A DNA stretch of 17,215 nt from Candidatus Thorarchaeota archaeon (GTDB taxonomy: Archaea; Asgardarchaeota; Thorarchaeia; Thorarchaeales; Thorarchaeaceae). Both the position numbers and the translations under genes were made by a program. The stretch spans positions 1-17,215 of the forward strand of contig JAEORO010000178.1 of NCBI GenBank assembly GCA_016840855.1, given 5' to 3'. Numbering within the stretch: the first letter of the stretch is position 1; every line of letters starts with the position of its first letter. Under the pieces are notes generated by a model. It did not search any database, had not been told where the DNA came from, and saw only the letters and a program-made list of their open reading frames with translations. Positions 1 to 7,178 of the stretch are shown piece by piece.

Positions 1-91
1 CCAGTTGAGCAGCAATAAACAAAACCCCAAGTGATGTCTTGGGTGCATATTTCTTCAAGGCGAAAGCTATACCATAGTGGCCAATGAACAT
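1..91 (-). CDS. 5' end of a membrane protein, probably of the metal-dependent hydrolase-like 'MFIGH' type (runs off the left edge)
   Basis: Not in the ORF track. Manual translation from ATG at 91 gives MFIGHYGIAFALKKYAPKTSLGVLFIAAQL, open to the window edge. It resembles the recurrent N-terminus MFIGHxxxAxAxKxxxPxxSLxxLxxAxQL of a widespread prokaryotic membrane family. GTGAG lies just upstream. Confidence 0.8.
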   Translation of the reverse strand, partial: MFIGHYGIAFALKKYAPKTSLGVLFIAAQL

Positions 92-328
92 AGAGCTCAC
101 ACTTCATGCTTGTCTGTATAAGACATTGGTAAAATCGAATCAAAAATTTGAATCTTCTTGTTTCTAACAAAGGGTTACATGAGTATTGATCGCAGGCAAG
201 AGATGAAAGTATCCTACTCATAGTTGAAGATTTACTACATCTAGACTTGTGTTCGTTACCATCTCTACTCTCTGGATGAGTATCCTTATCAAAGGTCCAC
301 AGGAATGACTGCGATGAGTAGCAGATTC

Positions 329-1054
329 TTAGACTGCAACTTCATTATCGATAAACCATCTCATATCGCAGACATCATCACCATCAGACAAGCAATGTTC
401 TCTCTGATATTTCCCGCCTTCAACAAGAATTTTGGCTACAGAATAATCAAATGTACACCAAGATCTTCTGAACAGAGTCATTTCTTCTTGTCCAAACTGC
501 TTATAGAACTCATGAACTGCACATGAATAGAAATCCATACAATACACATCATTGTCTTTGTAGAGTTCTGCTTTGTAACCCGGCTCACTATATGGAAACT
601 TTAGTCCGTCTTCGAGGCGTTTTCCGAGAAACGCAGTCCTATCTTTTGATCTTAGTTTTGCCAGCTTTAACCTTAGCGGATCGTATATTGGGACTATGCC
701 TTTGGAATTCATACGAGCTTGCCATATCATATCTCCGACTAAATTCATGGCGTAGTTTGATTCTATCTTTTCTTTTATCAGGGCTCTGTAGATGGCTAGG
801 TCGATTAATCCACCATACTCATTCATGTAATTACCAATCTTATCAAAATCTTTGAAGTATAGCATCAACTCTTGAATATTTGATTTTGCTTGGAGAATTA
901 TTCTTTTTATTTCTCCGAGAGTGAAGCGGCCAAATTCCGGAAGTCCATCCCTTCTACATCTCGATATTAATACTTGAAAAATCGTTTTTTTCTTCGCCTT
1001 CCATACCGCCCTTCGAATGATTGGTTTCACAAGGGATCTTAATCCTATTGCCAT
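329..1054 (-). CDS. L-2-amino-thiazoline-4-carboxylate hydrolase family protein (ATC_hydrolase-like; function uncertain)
   Basis: C-terminal Cys pattern DFYSCAVHEFYKQFG...WCTFDY...YQREHCLSDGDDVCDMRW is typical of this family. The ORF is open to 1090; ATG at 1054 (MAIGL) with GGAG upstream is the preferred start. Confidence 0.75.
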   Translation of the reverse strand: MAIGLRSLVKPIIRRAVWKAKKKTIFQVLISRCRRDGLPEFGRFTLGEIKRIILQAKSNIQELMLYFKDFDKIGNYMNEYGGLIDLAIYRALIKEKIESNYAMNLVGDMIWQARMNSKGIVPIYDPLRLKLAKLRSKDRTAFLGKRLEDGLKFPYSEPGYKAELYKDNDVYCMDFYSCAVHEFYKQFGQEEMTLFRRSWCTFDYSVAKILVEGGKYQREHCLSDGDDVCDMRWFIDNEVAV

Positions 1055-1215
1055 CTTTAAACGAACTCCTGAGATTGCGCGGCTGCACACGAGCTTTTAG
1101 GATGTATCATTAAAGCAAAAGCAGTTTTATGAAAAATTATAATGAGGAACAATCAATTATCAAAGTCTTGCTCTGGCAATCGATTAAAATGAAAGTGGAA
1201 TCGCTTGCTTCAATG

Positions 1216-2130
1216 TTACCTAGTCCTAGATTTTACTCCCCTGATTGCATGCTCAATCAAAGTGTATACCGATTTCAGAGTAACTTTGTCAGGGTCTCGT
1301 CCAACTGGATAGCCTGCAATTCCCAAACCTCCCACCTTAGTATTTCGGAACATTATTTCGAATGCCGCCCCAAGCTCTGAAACATTGGGCCCTCCTTCTG
1401 AAGGAAGCCCGTGTCCTGGTATATCCTTAGGATCGAGTACATCAATATCAACATGAACATAGATGATGTCACTAATTTCTCCAAGGCGGTCCATTTGTTT
1501 GGTAATGATAGGATTGAGTTCTCGAATGTCATCTGCTGTGACGTGCTCAATCTCACTTTCATCAAGAATTTCCTGTTCAAGAGAATCTACATCCCGAACT
1601 CCGACCATTGTGATGTGCCTCGTGGGGATTGGAACCTCTAGTCCACATCGCTTCCTTAGTCTTTCTAAGCATAGACCTGCTGCAATTGCTACGGGCATTC
1701 CAGCAAGAAGTCCGCTAGGGGTTGTTTCAGGCGTATTGATATCGCCATGAGCATCGAGCCATATCAAACCAACTTTACGTGGTTTTGCATTTTGGCCTGA
1801 TTTCTGAAATCCTCCTAACATTCCCATCACTCCATCGCAGGTAGGAAGGAGTCCAATAGTGAACAAGTTTCGTCGCAATTGATCTCCTACAATTTCTGCG
1901 AGATGGTGAGAGGCAAGCCCCAACCTATTCCAAGCGCCGTACTGATTTTCTTCTTCAGCACTGAGTGTAGTAGTCTTTGATTCTATTACATCACACCCAC
2001 TTGTTTCAAGAACCCTTGATAATCCGCTTCTCTCGACAAAATCTGGGGCTGAGTGCAGCCTTTCAAGAATTATATCCCCGCAGTGTGTTAGCTTTGCTAT
2101 CCCTACTCGATTAGGCATCTTGACAAACAA
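1216..2130 (-). CDS. Arginase/ureohydrolase family protein with non-canonical active site
   Basis: Motifs LIWLDAHGDINTPETTPSG..GMP, VGVRDVD..E and YVHVDIDVLDP. AAGGTGAGG RBS just upstream; start is TTG 2130 or ATG 2118. Confidence 0.9.
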   Translation of the reverse strand: MFVKMPNRVGIAKLTHCGDIILERLHSAPDFVERSGLSRVLETSGCDVIESKTTTLSAEEENQYGAWNRLGLASHHLAEIVGDQLRRNLFTIGLLPTCDGVMGMLGGFQKSGQNAKPRKVGLIWLDAHGDINTPETTPSGLLAGMPVAIAAGLCLERLRKRCGLEVPIPTRHITMVGVRDVDSLEQEILDESEIEHVTADDIRELNPIITKQMDRLGEISDIIYVHVDIDVLDPKDIPGHGLPSEGGPNVSELGAAFEIMFRNTKVGGLGIAGYPVGRDPDKVTLKSVYTLIEHAIRGVKSRTR

Positions 2131-2253
2131 ACCTCACCTTGAACTCTATTCGATCTTACTCATTTTGGACCTTTAGAGTCTCATGAATTGCGCATATTTA
2201 ATATCAATAGGAGTTCAATCTTTATTCTCAAATCAGAGGTGAGAGGTATAGAC

Positions 2254-2290
2254 TCATTATTTTTGAATAATCAAAAATGATGAATAATCA
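2254..2290. promoter_or_regulatory. Inverted repeat plus overlapping direct repeat in a divergent intergenic region; candidate operator
   Basis: TCATTATTTTTGA-ATAA-TCAAAAATGATGA (2254-2283; 12/13 arm match). TGAATAATCA occurs at 2264-2273 and 2281-2290. Confidence 0.5.
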
Positions 2291-2370
2291 GGCTGCTCTC
2301 TTCCCACATGCAGACTTGCTAAGATGCTAAAGCATATGTTTCACTGAGAGGGCTCGCGCAATGACCAAAC

Positions 2371-2808
2371 ATGCCCGTATCAAACAGGACAAGAGCTGAG
2401 TCTGAAATTAATCGAATACTTCATGATGCATTCGAATGGGCTCTGACCAAAGATCAAGCCCTCTTCGAGAGCATCTTTGCGAAGGATGAGGATTTCTTCA
2501 CTTTCTACCCAGACTCCAAAAGCACTGTCAGAGGCTGGAGCCAGTTTGAGAAATACCTTAACGGATGGATGGACCCGAGGAATGTGGCTAAGGGCTTTGA
2601 GATTAGGGACCTTCGAATCGTAGTTTCGAGGAAAGGCGACACTGCTTGGTTTTCAGCCATAGTGGATGATGAAGGTGAATTCGATGGCAAACCATGGGGA
2701 GCTAAAAATGTTCGATGGACAGGTGTTCTTGAGAAGCGGAGTGGGAGTTGGAGAATCTGCCAACAGCATATGTCAGATGCTAACGATAGACGTCGTAGTA
2801 GCAGCTGA
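2371..2808 (+). CDS. SnoaL-like / NTF2-fold protein
   Basis: 145 aa with the pattern D..LF..IFA.D...F.P......GW...GDTAW...VRWTGVLEKRSGSWRICQQHMS, the typical C-terminus of SnoaL_3/DUF4440-type NTF2 domains. Confidence 0.85.
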   Translation: MPVSNRTRAESEINRILHDAFEWALTKDQALFESIFAKDEDFFTFYPDSKSTVRGWSQFEKYLNGWMDPRNVAKGFEIRDLRIVVSRKGDTAWFSAIVDDEGEFDGKPWGAKNVRWTGVLEKRSGSWRICQQHMSDANDRRRSSS

Positions 2809-2876
2809 AGAATATCAGTCAGTCTTTGAATGAATTCATAAAATCTAATTCTTTATTTGATTATTTTACATATAGA

Positions 2877-2900
2877 ATATGGACTCAATGGAGTTCATAT
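2877..2900. promoter_or_regulatory. Inverted repeat overlapping the probable TATA region of the ATP-cone gene
   Basis: ATATGGACTC-AATG-GAGTTCATAT (9/10 arm match). The right arm runs into TATATAG about 20-25 nt before ATG 2922. Confidence 0.4.
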
Positions 2901-2921
2901 ATAGAGAGGAAATAACTTAGG

Positions 2922-3170
2922 ATGAAAGTGAAAAAGAGAGATGGTTCGACTGAGGTGTTCATGCCCGAGAAGGTTGTGGTCAGCGCTGTGAAAGCAGGAG
3001 CTCCATACGAAACAGCTCGTGATATAGCTAGCTCGCTCTCGAAGAGATCTGAAAGTAGTATCAAGAGTTCAGAGATTCGAACTTATGTGCTATCAGAGCT
3101 CCGCTCGAGAAAAGCAGCCACTGCTGCTGATTCATGGGAGGCCTATGATCGAACGCAAAAGAAATCATGA
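2922..3170 (+). CDS. Stand-alone ATP-cone domain protein
   Basis: MKVKKRDGSTEVFMPEKVVVSAVKAG...IKSSEIRTYVLSEL...AADSWEAY matches the ATP-cone signature (V.KRDG..E.F...KI...; I...EI...V...L). The domain spans the whole 82 aa protein. GAGAGG RBS upstream. Confidence 0.9.
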   Translation: MKVKKRDGSTEVFMPEKVVVSAVKAGAPYETARDIASSLSKRSESSIKSSEIRTYVLSELRSRKAATAADSWEAYDRTQKKS

Positions 3171-3277
3171 AATATATGCCATTATTATTGCAATAAGATA
3201 ATCACTTCATTGACCATTCAAGTAGCATTGCTGATATATTTCTTAACAACCCAATTGATAAACGAAATAGCGTTGCA

Positions 3278-3463
3278 TTAGAGCACTTTGGAATCTTCCC
3301 CGAAAAAAACGCAGCAAATTGCAAGGTCATTGTGCAGGAGAATCTTGTAAATAATCTCACCTTTGACAAATCGAATTGATGCCTTTGCTTTGTACTTCTT
3401 AATGAACTCACTAAAAACTTCCCGAGTGACTGTGGTGAATTTTATACTCGTGCGAATCTCCAT
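3278..3463 (-). CDS. Possible small hypothetical protein (61 aa) or gene remnant
   Basis: ATG-initiated ORF within an otherwise unexplained 450 bp gap. TTAAT lies about 20-25 nt upstream. No recognisable motif. Confidence 0.3.
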   Translation of the reverse strand: MEIRTSIKFTTVTREVFSEFIKKYKAKASIRFVKGEIIYKILLHNDLAICCVFFGEDSKVL

Positions 3464-3621
3464 GGAATATGGTGCTCGGATGATTAAGTGTTATCAAATC
3501 AAAAAAGGGAGCTATGTTTTTCTTTACTCCACGACCAAGAATTGAATTGTGAAAACCTATATATCAAAAGGGTAGTTATTATTGTATTAGCGCATTGGGA
3601 CATGTCGTGGGAGTGGTGTAA

Positions 3622-5691
3622 TTGAAGTATAGAACTATTATTGTAATTTTCATCATCAGTCTTTTATCACAATCAATAATTATCAACCCAAGTCAATTTG
3701 TTACTGTATCCCCAGAGTCAGACAGTCTTCTCTCAGGAGCTTACGTCGATAAAGTTCTCTACAGATATATGGGTCCTCCAGACCAGACAGTATCGGCACT
3801 GGAAGCAGGAACTATTGACACGCTTTATGGTTATATTAATCCCATGCATGAAGATACATTGAAGCTAGAATCAGATATCGAACTCCACTACAGGATTCAA
3901 AACGGTTATCGTCAGATTGCCATAAACTGCCATGAATATCCTCTTAACATAAGTGGATTGAGAAGAGCCTTTGCCTATGCTTTTAACAAGACTAGAGTGA
4001 TCAATGAGATTCTAGATGGCAATGCAATCGAACATGACTCTCTAGTTCCACTATCGAGCACTTGGTGTATTGAGGATAACCTTCCTTGGCACTACTACAC
4101 AAATCAATCTGATATTGGAAATCAGATTCTTGATGATCTTAACTTTCTAATTGATGGAGAAACAGGTTTTAGACTTGCACCTGATGGTAGTCCCTTTGAC
4201 ATTGTTGTTGAGTATGGTGAAGGTCCATTGCCATACATTTCTTCTGAGATCTCCCAAGTTGCTGTGGATGCGTTGAGGTCTCTTCATATTGATGCTCAAG
4301 CTCAAGGAGAGAACCCTGCAGCTTTAATTGCCCGGTTGGCCAACCATGACAACTATGACATGATTTTCTACGGTGATGAATTTCCAGTTAACGATGTTCG
4401 TTGGCTCGCTTACGACTATTGGTCAGAATACGCAGATGCTTTTACTAAGAATCCGTCAAACTTCAAAAACGAAACATATGATGAATGGAGGAATCAACTT
4501 CTAAATGGTACAACTTACGAAGAAATCTTTGAAGCCTCGGCTGCCATGCAAGAAATCCTTCACTATAATGTTCCGTGTTTGGTTGTATGCGTGAATAGGT
4601 ATATTGATGCATTTAGAACTGATGAATTCACTGGGCACGTCGATGATCTTGCTTGGGGCGTAGCTGGACCTTGGACTAACTTAAAAGTGCATATTAACAG
4701 TGAAAGACCTTTTGGAGGAACGTTTACTATTGGAATTTCTGAAACCCCGTCCTCGTTCAATATATTCAATCCCACAACTCTTGAGAATCTCATGATTAGT
4801 AATCTATACTCAAGTTTGTATAAGATTGGCCCTGACTTCAAGCAGTACCCCGACCTTTCGGAGAGTGTTTTAGTTGAAAGGCATGCTGACAATCCATCTG
4901 TTCCAAGTGATTGCATGTGGCTAACCTTTGATATTCGATCAAATGCGATTTGGTCCGATCTTATACCTCTTACCGCGCATGATGTAGCATTTACATTCAA
5001 ATATTATTTTGAATCTTTTAAATTTGGGAACCCTGCAAGTGTTCCTTTCACCGATTTTGTTGCTGCAGAGGTCTTTAGTCCTTACAAGGTACGAATCGAA
5101 TGCAACAGTGTATCTTACTGGGATGTTTTGGACTACATGAATGCTAAAATAATACCTAAACATATCTTCAACGATGAAACAGGTATTGGTTATGATGGAT
5201 GGTTGAGCTGGAATCCTGTCTTTAATAGTGGTCATCCACATGTGACTTGTGGACCATTCTATCTATCACACTATGAAAACGATGGGTCCTATGAATTTTC
5301 ACGCAATCTTTTATATCACTGGCCATCAGGTGCAAAGCCAAAGGTACTTGCTTCCACAGATATGACGTATGTACAAGGAACTACTGGAAATCAGATTCAT
5401 TGGATAGTTGAGGATGATAATCCTCTATCCTATTCCATATTCCAAAACGATGAGATGAAATTAGCAACCATTTGGAATGAGTCTGATATCATTTACAATA
5501 TTGATGGATTAGCAGCAGGAATCTATAACTACACTCTTATTCTGCTTGATAATTCATCAAATATTGTTACTGATACAGTCTGGGTTACAGTCGTTCCACC
5601 CAATTCCTTTGACAATCTCATTATAGGAGTATCACTTGGTGTTGCTGCTCTAGTCCTGTTAGGAGGAATTATACTATACAAGAAAAGATGA
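3622..5691 (+). CDS. Family-5 (peptide/nickel, OppA/DppA-like) ABC solute-binding protein, circularly permuted, with C-terminal beta-sandwich domain and TM anchor
   Basis: N-terminal hydrophobic signal. Family-5 motifs ALEAGTID, INCHEYPLNISGLRRAFAYAFNK, GGTFTIGISETPSSFN, PDLSES, LTFDIRSNAIWSDLIPLTAHDVAFTF, IIPKHIF and TCGPF. C-terminal TM helix followed by YKKR. Many N-X-S/T sequons. GGGAGTGG RBS before the TTG start. Confidence 0.9.
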   Translation: MKYRTIIVIFIISLLSQSIIINPSQFVTVSPESDSLLSGAYVDKVLYRYMGPPDQTVSALEAGTIDTLYGYINPMHEDTLKLESDIELHYRIQNGYRQIAINCHEYPLNISGLRRAFAYAFNKTRVINEILDGNAIEHDSLVPLSSTWCIEDNLPWHYYTNQSDIGNQILDDLNFLIDGETGFRLAPDGSPFDIVVEYGEGPLPYISSEISQVAVDALRSLHIDAQAQGENPAALIARLANHDNYDMIFYGDEFPVNDVRWLAYDYWSEYADAFTKNPSNFKNETYDEWRNQLLNGTTYEEIFEASAAMQEILHYNVPCLVVCVNRYIDAFRTDEFTGHVDDLAWGVAGPWTNLKVHINSERPFGGTFTIGISETPSSFNIFNPTTLENLMISNLYSSLYKIGPDFKQYPDLSESVLVERHADNPSVPSDCMWLTFDIRSNAIWSDLIPLTAHDVAFTFKYYFESFKFGNPASVPFTDFVAAEVFSPYKVRIECNSVSYWDVLDYMNAKIIPKHIFNDETGIGYDGWLSWNPVFNSGHPHVTCGPFYLSHYENDGSYEFSRNLLYHWPSGAKPKVLASTDMTYVQGTTGNQIHWIVEDDNPLSYSIFQNDEMKLATIWNESDIIYNIDGLAAGIYNYTLILLDNSSNIVTDTVWVTVVPPNSFDNLIIGVSLGVAALVLLGGIILYKKR

Positions 5692-5760
5692 CTCGGAAAA
5701 GATGTGGAGCTGACCTTTTCTCAATGCTTCAAGTTCTTCCACAATCTTTGGTAGCAAGTA

Positions 5761-6234
5761 CTAGATACTTTCCAACGTAAAGTGAATGTAGTCCTGAGGT
5801 GGGGGTTTCAACCCGAGATGTCTTAATCTAGCTCCAATTTGTGCCCGGTGAGCTGTGCCATGATTTACTACATGGTACAGAACATTCCAGACTTTCATAT
5901 TCTCCTGAAATGGCATTTCCAAATGCTGGTCATTAAGGCCATCAAGATACACCCTCATCTCTGCTTCCACTAAATCCCATTGCAGTCTTATCTCATCGGG
6001 CTTTCCAAAATTCTCTGGGTTATGAAGGCCAATATCTGGTTTTCCTCGAAGTCCACGGAACCATCTTTCATCCACGCTCATAATGTGAACGAATTGATTT
6101 CTAATAGAACCAACTGATATCTTGTCTAATCCAATCAATTGTTTCCACGAGAGATTCTCGATACAGAAGTGCCAAAACCTCCTATTTAACGTGAAGTGAT
6201 ACTCGTATAGATGACGGATGTGGTCTGTGTTCAT
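5761..6234 (-). CDS. DinB family protein (DinB/YfiT-like four-helix bundle, putative metal/thiol-dependent)
   Basis: SIRNQFVHIMSVDERW and HVVNHGTAHRAQI provide the three His ligands; C-terminal P..DYI. ATG 6234 follows AAGGAGA (ORF open to 6258). Confidence 0.9.
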   Translation of the reverse strand: MNTDHIRHLYEYHFTLNRRFWHFCIENLSWKQLIGLDKISVGSIRNQFVHIMSVDERWFRGLRGKPDIGLHNPENFGKPDEIRLQWDLVEAEMRVYLDGLNDQHLEMPFQENMKVWNVLYHVVNHGTAHRAQIGARLRHLGLKPPPQDYIHFTLESI

Positions 6235-6254
6235 TGTTCTTCTCCTTTCTGATT

Positions 6255-7097
6255 TCACAAATCCTCATGTATCTTCCCTCTTAGGGTACGATGCCCATAA
6301 TGCAATGTGACTAGCAATGCAACAAACACGTATAGAACCATGTTGTAATAGACTCCTAGGTCTGTCTGTCCAAATGGAAAGATGCTTGGTGTTAAGTTGA
6401 GCATCACATGAAATACTACACCGGTCAGAATTGAATTTCTATTATTATTATAGAACCAAGTCATGATAATCGATAAGGTAGTTGTGTTTATCATAAAGAC
6501 CCAGAGCGGCGTCTGACTGTACACCTCAATCCCTCCTGGAAAATATCGTAGAGGTAAATGCCACAATCCCCATGCAAGACCGATGATAATAGAGGTGACT
6601 AATGCTCCCCATCTGGATTGTAATCGTTCAATGGCATAACCACGCCACCCAAACTCCTCGCGAAATGCGTTTGATATAGGAATGAATCCCACGATGAAAA
6701 GAACTGGAATCATCCATAATTGTTGAAACAAGGGAAGTTCTGGAACCGGTCCTCCTGAAAGAATTCCGAGGATTAATGCACTGACATTGATTATTGGTAT
6801 TAGAAATAGAAGTGGAAGCCACCATACTCTGCCAATTCTTCTTGGGTCAACACCTCGGTTGAGGACCTCCCTGACTTTTGTCTTTCCCTCCTCTCTGTAG
6901 TAGAGTAAGAGTCCCAAAATGGTGGGGACTGCTCCACCACAGACATTCAGGATGATGAATATTACATCATCTAATGCTACTGGAAGAAGATTGAATGTGT
7001 CAAGGACACCTGGCAACCATATCAACCAAGATATGGCAATTGTTAGAACAAAAAACAGCAAAGGCGATCCTTTCTGTGATTCAAGATTCTCAGGCAT
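6255..7097 (-). CDS. CPBP (CAAX protease / Abi, Rce1-like) intramembrane glutamic protease
   Basis: Multi-TM protein with EEFGWRG, WGLWHLP and FHVMLN motifs. GGAGGTG RBS. Confidence 0.93.
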   Translation of the reverse strand: MPENLESQKGSPLLFFVLTIAISWLIWLPGVLDTFNLLPVALDDVIFIILNVCGGAVPTILGLLLYYREEGKTKVREVLNRGVDPRRIGRVWWLPLLFLIPIINVSALILGILSGGPVPELPLFQQLWMIPVLFIVGFIPISNAFREEFGWRGYAIERLQSRWGALVTSIIIGLAWGLWHLPLRYFPGGIEVYSQTPLWVFMINTTTLSIIMTWFYNNNRNSILTGVVFHVMLNLTPSIFPFGQTDLGVYYNMVLYVFVALLVTLHYGHRTLRGKIHEDL

Positions 7098-7178
7098 GTC
7101 GCTTCAGAGCACCTCCCCCACATCGCGAGCCGCGTGAGATTTTAATATATTGCTTGATACTGAATCTACGCGAACAAT

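Noticed and set aside
2860-2910. Possible NrdR boxes upstream of the ATP-cone gene
   Set aside because: Only the generic ATATA core matches, which is better explained as a TATA element. The protein also lacks the NrdR zinc ribbon.
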